NCBI GenBank assembly: GCA_037917685.1
Contig: JAVCBU010000006.1
Location: forward strand, 224,001-288,000
Length of the DNA: 64,000 bases
Direction: 5' to 3'
DNA from: Thermoproteota archaeon
GTDB lineage: Archaea > Korarchaeota > Korarchaeia > Korarchaeales > JAOZGB01
A program made the position numbers and the translations under genes. Shown here piece after piece: positions 1 through 8,044 of the stretch (position 1 is the first letter of the stretch; every line of letters begins with the position of its first letter). The notes under the pieces were generated by a model, which saw nothing but the letters and a program-made list of their open reading frames with translations, searched no databases and had not been told where the DNA came from.

Positions 1-1
1 T

Positions 2-1267
2 TTGACAGAGATACCTCTTTACGGTGTTGCCCCCTCAAGGTATGACCGTCTTGCGACATTTAGGATAATATTCGCTGGGTCCCAAGGTTCAATCGTAGAG
101 CTTGGGATAGGGCCTATTGTAACTGCTGGAATAATACTCGAGCTTCTTGTAGGGAGTAAAATAATACCTCTAGACCTTACAGACCCAGATGATCGATCAT
201 TTTTCCAAGCGTCTCAGAAACTAGCCTCGATACTATTCATAGTCGTTACAGCAGCGCTTTACGTTGCAGGCGGCCAATATGGGGTTTTAGATAGGAGGAC
301 ATCGTTCCTAGTTTGGCTTCAACTAGCCGCGGGCTGTTTTATACTGATGTATCTCGATGAAGTAAGCTCCAAATGGGGTATAGCAAGCGGGATAAGTCTC
401 TTCATTCTTGCCGGTATCGCTCAGACTGTTTTTTGGGCTGCCTTCTCACCGTTTACTGCTCCTGACGTTGATAGAGTAGTTGGCGCGATACCAGCTCTTC
501 TCACAGAGGGGGCCATGGCTATTACCCGGGGTGGGCTACCAGACATAGCAAAACTTACAGCAACTTTCATCGTTTTCGTCGCTGTAGCAGTGGCGTACGA
601 CGTTAAAATAGTGTTTCCGCTTTCATTCGCCAGAATAGGTGGGTATAAGGCAAGCTACCCCTTAAGACTGTTATATGTTTCAAATATCCCTATTATATTC
701 ACATCAGCACTTTTCGGGGACATAGCTATCGTTAGTCAAACGTTATGGAGCAGATTTGGATACTCCGACAATGATTATCTAAGAACAATTGTCAGAATTA
801 TAGGTGAATATCAATACGTAGAAGGAAACCTCGTGCCTAAAGGAGGCTTAGCATACTATACCGAACCTCCATCAGGGATGCTCTCATTTTCTGCGGATCC
901 ACTACGTGCAGCCATATATGGAATTATACTAATAACTCTCTGCGTGGTTTTCTCGGTGATCTGGGTCCTTACATCAGGGATGGATGCCGACTCAGTAGCA
1001 GATCAGCTCGTTTCTCAAGAGCTAGTGATGCCCGGTATGAGGGTTTCAAGGAAGATTATAGCCAACAGGCTACGGAGATATATAAATTCGGTAACATTAC
1101 TCGGCGGATTATTTATAGGTGTGATAGCATTACTAGCAGATTTGACAGGAGCCCTTGGATCCGGCTCGGGGATTCTCCTAGGCGTAACTATCACATACTC
1201 CATTTACGAATCCCTGATGAAGGAGCGGCTCCTAGAAATATACCCAATAGCTAAAAGATTCCTATAG
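2..1267 (+). CDS. secY: Preprotein translocase SecY/Sec61-alpha (5' truncated by window edge)
   Basis: ELGIGPIVTAGIILELL, YVSNIPIIF and GSGSGILL motifs; multiple TM segments. Confidence 0.97.
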   Translation: MTEIPLYGVAPSRYDRLATFRIIFAGSQGSIVELGIGPIVTAGIILELLVGSKIIPLDLTDPDDRSFFQASQKLASILFIVVTAALYVAGGQYGVLDRRTSFLVWLQLAAGCFILMYLDEVSSKWGIASGISLFILAGIAQTVFWAAFSPFTAPDVDRVVGAIPALLTEGAMAITRGGLPDIAKLTATFIVFVAVAVAYDVKIVFPLSFARIGGYKASYPLRLLYVSNIPIIFTSALFGDIAIVSQTLWSRFGYSDNDYLRTIVRIIGEYQYVEGNLVPKGGLAYYTEPPSGMLSFSADPLRAAIYGIILITLCVVFSVIWVLTSGMDADSVADQLVSQELVMPGMRVSRKIIANRLRRYINSVTLLGGLFIGVIALLADLTGALGSGSGILLGVTITYSIYESLMKERLLEIYPIAKRFL

Positions 1268-1277
1268 GTGTAACACG

Positions 1278-1778
1278 ATGCCGCCTAATCTGGTAAACCT
1301 AATTTCCTACCCCCCAAATTCAATAATCTTCCTAACAGTGCTCGCCATCATACTTAACTTCGTAATGGCTCTTGTAACCAAGCTTACTGTAGATATCGAA
1401 AAATTGAAAAAATACAGTGAACAGAGAAAAGAGTTCATAAGGCTGAAATATGAGCTGAAACTCAAAGGGAAAAAGGGAGAACTCAAAATCAAAAAACTCG
1501 AGTCAAAAATGAAACCTGTAGAGCAAGAGTTAATGATGATGCAGCTTAAACAATCAATCATAACACCTCTCCCAATGCTTCTTGTGTTTATACTTCTACG
1601 CAAGTTTTACGGGTCAATACCGGTAGCTTCACTACCATTTAAATTACCATTTTCAAGCTTCCTCCACAGAGGCAGCCCTTTAAGCGAATATGAAGTTGGA
1701 TTCATAGGTTTCTACTTCATAGTATCCATCGCTTTCTCCCCAATAATACAAAAAGCCCTGGGTACCTCACCTACCTAA
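1278..1778 (+). CDS. DUF106 / EMC3-TMCO1 (Oxa1 superfamily) membrane insertase
   Basis: TM - Lys-rich coiled coil - TM - GFIGFYF TM architecture; usual position after secY. Confidence 0.85.
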   Translation: MPPNLVNLISYPPNSIIFLTVLAIILNFVMALVTKLTVDIEKLKKYSEQRKEFIRLKYELKLKGKKGELKIKKLESKMKPVEQELMMMQLKQSIITPLPMLLVFILLRKFYGSIPVASLPFKLPFSSFLHRGSPLSEYEVGFIGFYFIVSIAFSPIIQKALGTSPT

Positions 1779-1827
1779 AGTTAAAATTTAAAACACTTCT
1801 CCAGTATTGCATATAACCGGTGTCAAG

Positions 1828-2106
1828 ATGTCACTGTTCGTAGTTGGGAGGGTCTGCACAAAGACTAAAGGTAGAGAGAAAGACAGAAAATGCGTGATTG
1901 TCGATGTAATAGACAAAAACTATGTGTTAATCACCGGACCCAAAAAACTAACAGGGGTAAGGAGGAGACGGTGCAACATAAACCACCTAGATCCGCTTCC
2001 AGTAGTGATAGACATAGATAAGAATGCATCGGACGAAGACGTTATTAAAGCCCTGTCTCAGACCGAGATATATAAAGAATTCACAGGTAAAGGGGGCAAA
2101 TCTTGA
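1828..2106 (+). CDS. rpl14e: 50S ribosomal protein L14e
   Basis: VGRVCTKTKGRE..KCVIVDVID..VLITGP..GVRRRRCNINHL; ATG 1828 after GGTG preferred over TTG 1807. Confidence 0.95.
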   Translation: MSLFVVGRVCTKTKGREKDRKCVIVDVIDKNYVLITGPKKLTGVRRRRCNINHLDPLPVVIDIDKNASDEDVIKALSQTEIYKEFTGKGGKS

Positions 2107-3082
2107 ACCAATTAATAGTAAGGGAAGAGGCAGCAACAAATCCTTCATACGGCTCTTACCCTGAGGAGCGAGCTATAAAAGACTTGCTAAACTCGTCTAT
2201 CATCGTACTCGACAAGCCTCGAGGCCCCTCGTCTCATACTGTTACAAAATGGGTTAGAAGTATCCTAGGAATCAAAAAGATAGGACACTGCGGGACTCTT
2301 GAGGGCAAATAGCCCGGAGAAATCCCAAAGTAAGCGGAGTTCTACCTCTTGTAATCGGTAAATCAACCAGAATAGCTAAGATTATCTCAGGCTTTGATAA
2401 AGAATACGTGGCCCTAATGTACCTTCATGGTGATGTGGGATATGAAAGATTAAATGAGGTAATAGCGAAGTTTCATGGTGACATATTCCAAAGACCTCCC
2501 GTAAGATCATCGGTGAAGAGAAAGTTACGGGTAAGAAAAATCCATAAGATAGATCTCCTTGAGTACGAAGATCGTTACGCCTTAATACGAGTAAAATGTC
2601 AAGCCGGAACCTACATTAGAAAACTGATACATGATATCGGTCAGGTGTTACTTGTTGGGGCAAGCATGTCTGAACTAAGAAGAATAGCCGCTGGGTCTTT
2701 CACTGAGAATGAAGCTGTAACTCTCCAACAATTACTTCAAGCTTATAATACCTGGCGTGAATCAGGAGACGAAGCCCCTCTTAGAAGAATATTTAGGCCC
2801 ATGGAATATGTACTGAGAAAGCTTCCAATGATAATTATTAAGGATACAGCTGTTGACGCAATCTGTCACGGGGCACCTCTCACTGTAAGAGGAATCTCTA
2901 AACTATCACCGAATATTCAGCCCAAAGATATAGTAGTTATAATGACCTTAAAGTCTGAAGCAGTGGCTATAGCTGAAGCATCTATGTCATCTGAGGAGAT
3001 GTTATCTTCATCCCGGGGTATAGCTGCGAAGCCTATGAGAGTTCTAATGGACAGAGGAGTTTATCCTCCTGCTTGGCGTTAA
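2103..3082 (+). CDS. cbf5: H/ACA RNA-guided pseudouridine synthase Cbf5; exons 2103-2301 and 2322-3082, 319 aa after splicing
   Basis: LDKPRGPSSH...GHCGTL in exon 1; removing 2302-2321 restores GTLDPKVSGVLP, in frame with GTYIRKL and the C-terminal PUA domain. Confidence 0.95.
2302..2321 (+). other. 20-nt bulge-helix-bulge (BHB) mRNA intron in cbf5
   Basis: Outer helix GGGA(2292-95)/TCCC(2323-26); 4-bp central helix CTCT/GGAG; 3-nt bulges TG^A and AA^A; inner hairpin GGGC-AAATA-GCCC containing an in-frame TAG. Confidence 0.93.
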
Positions 3083-3083
3083 A

Positions 3084-3091
3084 CTTTAAAT
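3084..3091 (+). promoter_or_regulatory. Probable TATA box for the tRNA-Ser/rps13 unit
   Basis: CTTTAAAT about 25 nt upstream of the tRNA 5' end. Confidence 0.55.
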
Positions 3092-3115
3092 CCGAGCTAA
3101 GTCTTTTAAATTAAC

Positions 3116-3225
3116 GCCGGGGTACCCTAGCCCGGTCAAGGGGCGGGCCTGGAGTTCATGCCCGCGAGCCCGTGGCCCCCTGAGCTTTGGGGACGGCCGC
3201 GTGGGTTCGAATCCCACCCCCGGCG
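3116..3225 (+). tRNA. tRNA-Ser(GGA) with a 37/38 intron (3155-3166) and a probable second intron in the variable arm (3183-3194)
   Basis: Acceptor GCCGGGG/CCCCGGC with G73; anticodon stem CGGGC/GCCCG; CT-GGA-G..A loop; T arm GTGGG-TTCGAAT-CCCAC; long variable arm. Confidence 0.9.
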
Positions 3226-3243
3226 TGTTAACAGGGGATAAAT

Positions 3244-3693
3244 ATGCCAGAAATGGAGAGAAGAGTTATAAGAATAGCTGGTACAACATTGGATGCGGAG
3301 AAGAAAGCACTTGTAAGCCTTACAAAGATACCGGGGATAGGTTTCACTTTATCCAACGCCATACTTAGGAGACTAAACCTCGATCCACAAAAGAAACTTT
3401 CCGAATACACCAACGAAGAAATAGAAAGGCTAGAGGAATTCTTCAAAGACCCCTATAAATACGAGCTGCCTTCGTGGCTTTATAATAGACAGAGAGACCC
3501 TATAACAGGTAAAAATTTGCTTATTCTAGGATCTGATATTAAACTGTACCAGAAGATAGATATAGACCGGCTTAAAAAGATGGGTTCATACAGGGGACTA
3601 AGACATTCCCTAGGTCTCAAGGTTAGAGGGCAAAGGACACGGACAACTGGCAGGAGAGGGCCAACAATAGGATATGTTAGGAAGAAGAAGTAG
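3244..3693 (+). CDS. rps13: 30S ribosomal protein S13
   Basis: [23 protein letters not shown]. Confidence 0.98.
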   Translation: MPEMERRVIRIAGTTLDAEKKALVSLTKIPGIGFTLSNAILRRLNLDPQKKLSEYTNEEIERLEEFFKDPYKYELPSWLYNRQRDPITGKNLLILGSDIKLYQKIDIDRLKKMGSYRGLRHSLGLKVRGQRTRTTGRRGPTIGYVRKKK

Positions 3694-3701
3694 GTGTGAA
3701 A

Positions 3702-4205
3702 ATGGGAGACCCGAAGCAACCGAGGAAGAAATATCGAAGACCAAGAAAGCCCTGGGACAAACAGTACTTAGAATGGTCTATAAAACTGGTTGGAGAGTAT
3801 GGTCTAAGAAATAAAAGAGAACTATTAAGGGCACACCATGAAGCCAGCAGGGTTCGAAGGCTGGCGAGAATTCTACTCTCCCACACCGAGAGTAGGAACA
3901 TCAAGTTGGAAGAGCAGTTGCTGTCAAGGCTTAAAAGATTTGGAATAGTACCTGACGACGCTGTACTTGACGATGTACTCGACGTTACAGCTGAAAACTT
4001 TCTGAGAAGAAGACTCCAAACAGTAGTTTATCTCAAAGGATATGCTAAAACACCCTACCAAGCGAGGCAGCTTGTAGTACACGGACATGTCCGTGTAAAT
4101 GGGAGAATAGTCAAGATTCCTTCGTATCTTGTTAGTGTTGAGGAGGAAAATACCATAGAAGTTGATAAAGAGATACTGAACAAAATAATGGGTGAACAGT
4201 CATGA
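3702..4205 (+). CDS. rps4: 30S ribosomal protein S4
   Basis: [39 protein letters not shown]. Confidence 0.98.
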   Translation: MGDPKQPRKKYRRPRKPWDKQYLEWSIKLVGEYGLRNKRELLRAHHEASRVRRLARILLSHTESRNIKLEEQLLSRLKRFGIVPDDAVLDDVLDVTAENFLRRRLQTVVYLKGYAKTPYQARQLVVHGHVRVNGRIVKIPSYLVSVEEENTIEVDKEILNKIMGEQS

Positions 4206-4603
4206 GTTCAAGTAAAAAGAAGGAGCACATTGGTATAGCACACATTTATTCGTCATTCAACGATACCATCGTCCATATCACAGATCAAACCGGAGCTGAG
4301 ACAATAGCAATATCGTCAGGGGGAAGATTTGTAAAAGCCGACAGGATGGAGGGCAGCCCGTATGCCGCTTTTAAAGCAGCAACTGAAGCTGCAAATATAG
4401 CGAAGAAGAAGGGGATAACATCTTTAATAGTCAAAGTCAGAGCCCCAGGAGGTTTAGGTCCTAGAATTCCAGGTCCTGGAGCCGCCGGCGCTGTAAGGGG
4501 ACTTGCAAGGGCTGGAATGAAGCTTATAAGAATAGAAGATGTGACGCCAATACCTCACGATGGAACTAGAAGGCCACATGGAAGGAGAGGTAGAAGAGTT
4601 TAA
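4202..4603 (+). CDS. rps11: 30S ribosomal protein S11
   Basis: [29 protein letters not shown]. Confidence 0.98.
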   Translation: MSSSKKKEHIGIAHIYSSFNDTIVHITDQTGAETIAISSGGRFVKADRMEGSPYAAFKAATEAANIAKKKGITSLIVKVRAPGGLGPRIPGPGAAGAVRGLARAGMKLIRIEDVTPIPHDGTRRPHGRRGRRV

Positions 4604-5393
4604 AATCTCATGCTTCTATTTCTCTATAGGAACTTTGGAAAGTATATCCTCAAAGATCAAAGAATACTACATATCAAGAGGATTTAAGATTGTAGGCGTT
4701 TCAAAATTTAGAGGTTTTTACTTAGAAAACCCCAAGGGGAGACTAATACTAGCTCTAATATTTGACCCACTCATAGATAACATAGAAGAGTTAGTCTCTT
4801 CAATAAAACGAAACATTAGTGATGTAAATATTATTCAGATATGGTTACCTGAGGGCGCAGAGGATTATGTCTCTACGTCGGTCTCACGCAATATTGAAAA
4901 AGGGCTTTTAATGAGAAAGGTCTCTCTGGTACCCTTTACACAGGCTGAAATTGAGTGGAAACCATACCCTTTGGAATTAAATGTAGAAATCCATAAGAAT
5001 GATGTTCAATCCGAAAAAGAGGTGATAGCCAAACAGACATATGCCGAATCTCCCATCCAAGAGTCCTCCATTAACTTGTTATTGCAGAAGTACTCTGAAA
5101 CGATCCAAGAACTAATATCCAGATTTGAATCTCTAGAAAAAACCCTAAAAAGACTAGAGGAGACATTAAAACAATCACAACCGCAACAAGTTATAAGCCA
5201 TACAACTGCTCGTGTTCAATACAATCCACCAGCGAAAGACGCGTCTAAAGAGGTAATAATAGAAAAAATCAGCACATCTGATTTACCAAAGGCCAGTCCT
5301 CACAAGGTTGGAAACATAAACGCGCTTGATGAAGCTGTCAAAAACAACCCGTGGTTCTCGATACTGAAAGAGAAAAAGAAAAGACAAAACTAA
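4560..5393 (+). CDS. Uncharacterised protein (alpha/beta N-domain, coiled coil, NPWxxIL tail); possibly arcadin-2-like; start may be ATG 4578
   Basis: 277-aa ORF filling the rps11-rpoD gap; heptad segment [23 protein letters not shown]; tail [12 protein letters not shown]. Confidence 0.8.
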   Translation: MELEGHMEGEVEEFKISCFYFSIGTLESISSKIKEYYISRGFKIVGVSKFRGFYLENPKGRLILALIFDPLIDNIEELVSSIKRNISDVNIIQIWLPEGAEDYVSTSVSRNIEKGLLMRKVSLVPFTQAEIEWKPYPLELNVEIHKNDVQSEKEVIAKQTYAESPIQESSINLLLQKYSETIQELISRFESLEKTLKRLEETLKQSQPQQVISHTTARVQYNPPAKDASKEVIIEKISTSDLPKASPHKVGNINALDEAVKNNPWFSILKEKKKRQN

Positions 5394-5428
5394 AATCATA
5401 GCTCGGTACTATCTATAGAGGTGTCCGA

Positions 5429-6226
5429 GTGGAGATCAAAATTATTGATGCCTCAGAGCATCGGATAATATTTGAACTTTCAGATGCTAACCCGGCAATA
5501 GCCAACGCATTAAGGAGGACAATCATTTCTGAAGTTCCAACGATGGCTATCGACTACATAGTTGTGATAGAAAACAACACAATGTACTTTGACGAGCATA
5601 TAGCACATACACTTGGAATGATCCCCCTTACCACCGATCTTGAAAAGTATAATTTACCTGAGGAATGTGAATGCGGAGGATCCGGCTGCCCCCTCTGTAC
5701 TACTAGGCTTATTTTAGAGGTAGAAGCTAGAGAAGACAATACAATTGTATATTCGGGGGATCTTAAGCCCCAAGACCCGATGATAAAGCCAGTAAGATCC
5801 GATATCCCTCTATTCAAACTGAATAAACAAGACCGCATAGTTCTAGAAGCAATAGCGAGACTCGGTAGAGGAAAACAACATAGCAAATGGCAGCCAGTGG
5901 GGCCAATTGGCTATAAATACTACCCTATTGTTGAGATTGACAACTCCAAATGTAACTTATGCGGAGAGTGCATTAAGGTATGCAATAGGAGAGCCCTAAT
6001 CTTGAAAGATACAGAAATTGTTTTAGATCCATTAAAATGTTCCCTATGCAAGCTATGCGTTGAAGCATGCGACAGGAAAGCGATTTCATTAAAGATGGAC
6101 GATACAAGATTTATATTTCAATTTGAAACTACCGGTGCACTTAATCCTCAACAAATACTTCTAAAAGCCATAGAAATATTAGTCGATAAGCTTGAAAGCT
6201 TTAAAAAACAGGTAGCCGCAACGTAG
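5429..6226 (+). CDS. rpoD: RNA polymerase subunit D (Rpo3) with ferredoxin-like domain
   Basis: ANALRRTIISEVPTMAID, HSKWQP, FQFETTGAL; two CxxCxxCxxxC motifs. Confidence 0.97.
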   Translation: MEIKIIDASEHRIIFELSDANPAIANALRRTIISEVPTMAIDYIVVIENNTMYFDEHIAHTLGMIPLTTDLEKYNLPEECECGGSGCPLCTTRLILEVEAREDNTIVYSGDLKPQDPMIKPVRSDIPLFKLNKQDRIVLEAIARLGRGKQHSKWQPVGPIGYKYYPIVEIDNSKCNLCGECIKVCNRRALILKDTEIVLDPLKCSLCKLCVEACDRKAISLKMDDTRFIFQFETTGALNPQQILLKAIEILVDKLESFKKQVAAT

Positions 6227-6228
6227 CA

Positions 6229-6240
6229 AAATTTATAATA
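6229..6240 (+). promoter_or_regulatory. Probable TATA box for the tRNA-Leu/rpl18e unit
   Basis: AAATTTATAATA about 25 nt upstream of the tRNA. Confidence 0.6.
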
Positions 6241-6262
6241 CCCCCAGAGTATAAAATACCAT

Positions 6263-6359
6263 GCGGAGGTAGCCAAGCCTGGTCAAAGGCGCGGGAATGA
6301 GGAGAAACTTGTAGATCCCGTCCCTGAGGGGTTCGTGGGTTCGAATCCCACCCTCCGCA
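6263..6359 (+). tRNA. tRNA-Leu(GAG) with 12-nt 37/38 intron (6303-6314)
   Basis: Acceptor GCGGAGG/CCTCCGC with A73; stem CGGGA/TCCCG; Leu-type variable arm TCCCTGAGGGGTTC; T arm GTGGG-TTCGAAT-CCCAC; typical rpoD-tRNA-Leu-rpl18e position. Confidence 0.9.
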
Positions 6360-6379
6360 CTTAATAAGGTGTCCACAAC

Positions 6380-6739
6380 ATGGCTCGAAAGAAGATAACG
6401 AAGACGAATCCTCTTCTAATAGAGATCGCTGAGAAACTCGCAGGGAGAAGAAAAGCCGGATTATGGAGGAAAGTTAGAGAAAGGATACTAAAACCCAGAA
6501 GGAAAAGAGCTGAGGTGAACTTGTGGAAGCTAAACAAGCTAACACAGCCCCGAGAAACAGTTGTTGTACCAGGAGTAGTCCTAGGGCACGGAACTCTAGA
6601 TCATCCCATAACAGTTGCTGCACTTAAATTCACAAGGAAAGCAAGAGAGAAAATACTAAAAAGCGGCGGTGAACCTCTTGAAATTCTAGAACTCTATGAT
6701 AAAAATCCTAAAGGTTCAAACATAAAAATAATCGTATAG
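6380..6739 (+). CDS. rpl18e: 50S ribosomal protein L18e
   Basis: KPRRKRAEVNL, VVVPGVVLGHG, NPKGSNIKII. Confidence 0.97.
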   Translation: MARKKITKTNPLLIEIAEKLAGRRKAGLWRKVRERILKPRRKRAEVNLWKLNKLTQPRETVVVPGVVLGHGTLDHPITVAALKFTRKAREKILKSGGEPLEILELYDKNPKGSNIKIIV

Positions 6740-6751
6740 AGTTGAGAAAAT

Positions 6752-7219
6752 ATGGCAACACCACAATTTGATATTATTATAGATGCCTCCGGACTAAAGC
6801 TCGGTAGAATGGCAAGCTATGTAGCCAAAAACCTTCTCTTAGGAAGAAGAATAGCTATAATAAACTGTGAAAAAGCCGTAATTTCCGGTTCGAAACATGA
6901 CATTCTTAAAAAATACCTAAAGAGACTAGAGATAAGAGGACAAAGCCGGCCGGAGAAAGGCCCAAGACACGTTAGAAGACCGGATAGAATAGTGTGGTAC
7001 GCCATTAGAGGCATGCTCCCGATAAAAAAAACTAAGGGGAAGGAAGCGCTTAAAAGACTAAGAGTATATATTGGAACCCCGAGCTGGGTGGATAACGCTA
7101 AAAAAGTCAGTCTCCCCGAATTCCATGTGGACAGACTTAAAGGTAAGTATATACCAAGATATGTAACAGTGGAGTGGATAAGCTACCAACTAGGATATAG
7201 GGGGTTAAAGAATGAGTGA
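6752..7219 (+). CDS. rpl13: 50S ribosomal protein L13
   Basis: IDASGLKLGRMAS, RPDRIV..AIRGMLP, LKRLRVYIGTP. Confidence 0.97.
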   Translation: MATPQFDIIIDASGLKLGRMASYVAKNLLLGRRIAIINCEKAVISGSKHDILKKYLKRLEIRGQSRPEKGPRHVRRPDRIVWYAIRGMLPIKKTKGKEALKRLRVYIGTPSWVDNAKKVSLPEFHVDRLKGKYIPRYVTVEWISYQLGYRGLKNE

Positions 7220-7634
7220 TAACGAGCAGATCAAGACAGCTTTTGCATCTGCTAAAAGAAAAACGTCTAAAGCATTTGTCACAATAACTCCAGGAAGTGG
7301 AAGACTTCTCATAAACAGTATGCCATTAAATGTTTTCTGCACTAACAGGATATCCGTTATGAGAATACAGGAGCCGCTTCTTCTCATAGACGATAAACTG
7401 AGGAACAGCATAGATATCAAGGTTAAAGTGAAAGGGGGGGGATTCATGAGCCAGGCTGATGCAATTAGAACCGCCATAGCTAAAGCTATAGTGAGATACA
7501 CGGGGTCCGAAGAATTAAAGAAAACATTTATAGAGTACGACAGACACCTACTTGTCGAAGACCCGAGGAGGACCGAACCAAAGAAATACGGCGGTCCTTC
7601 AGCTAGGGCTCGTGTTCAAAAATCATACAGGTAG
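7212..7634 (+). CDS. rps9: 30S ribosomal protein S9
   Basis: VKGGG..SQADAIR, DPRRTEPKKYGGPSARARVQKSYR. Confidence 0.98.
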   Translation: MSDNEQIKTAFASAKRKTSKAFVTITPGSGRLLINSMPLNVFCTNRISVMRIQEPLLLIDDKLRNSIDIKVKVKGGGFMSQADAIRTAIAKAIVRYTGSEELKKTFIEYDRHLLVEDPRRTEPKKYGGPSARARVQKSYR

Positions 7635-8033
7635 ATGTACATGTCAATGTATAAGGATGTTGGTTCCCTGAAAAAGGGTGGTTACGTCATTATTGATGGC
7701 GAGCCATGTGAAGTTGTCTCAGTAGAAAAGTCAAAGCCAGGGAAGCACGGGTCAGCTAAGGTTAGACTAGTGGCAGTAGGCCTATTTGACGATGTCAAAA
7801 GAGATATGGTTGCACCAGCCGACAAAAAGGTTGAAGTTCCCATCGTTGAGAAGAAGAAAGCGCAGGTAATATCAACCGCCCCTGATTCCATACAAATAAT
7901 GGATCTAGAAACATACAATACATTTGAAGTTAAACCTCCAACAGATCAGGATCTTCTTTCTAAACTTAAACCAGGAGTTGAAGTAGAATACTGGGAGAGT
8001 ATGGGGAAAGTAAAGATAGTCAGACTGTTATAA
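7635..8033 (+). CDS. eif5a: Translation factor aIF5A
   Basis: Hypusine motif SKPGKHGSAK. Confidence 0.97.
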   Translation: MYMSMYKDVGSLKKGGYVIIDGEPCEVVSVEKSKPGKHGSAKVRLVAVGLFDDVKRDMVAPADKKVEVPIVEKKKAQVISTAPDSIQIMDLETYNTFEVKPPTDQDLLSKLKPGVEVEYWESMGKVKIVRLL

Positions 8034-8044
8034 GGGAAGCATAA

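Noticed and set aside
2103-3082. cbf5 as a frameshifted pseudogene or two separate genes
   Set aside because: A perfect BHB intron restores the catalytic GTLDP motif and the frame exactly
6297-6315. Reading the second tRNA as tRNA-Tyr(GTA) through TTGTAGA
   Set aside because: Long Leu-type variable arm, A73, typical tRNA-Leu position, and a 37/38 splice geometry that gives GAG
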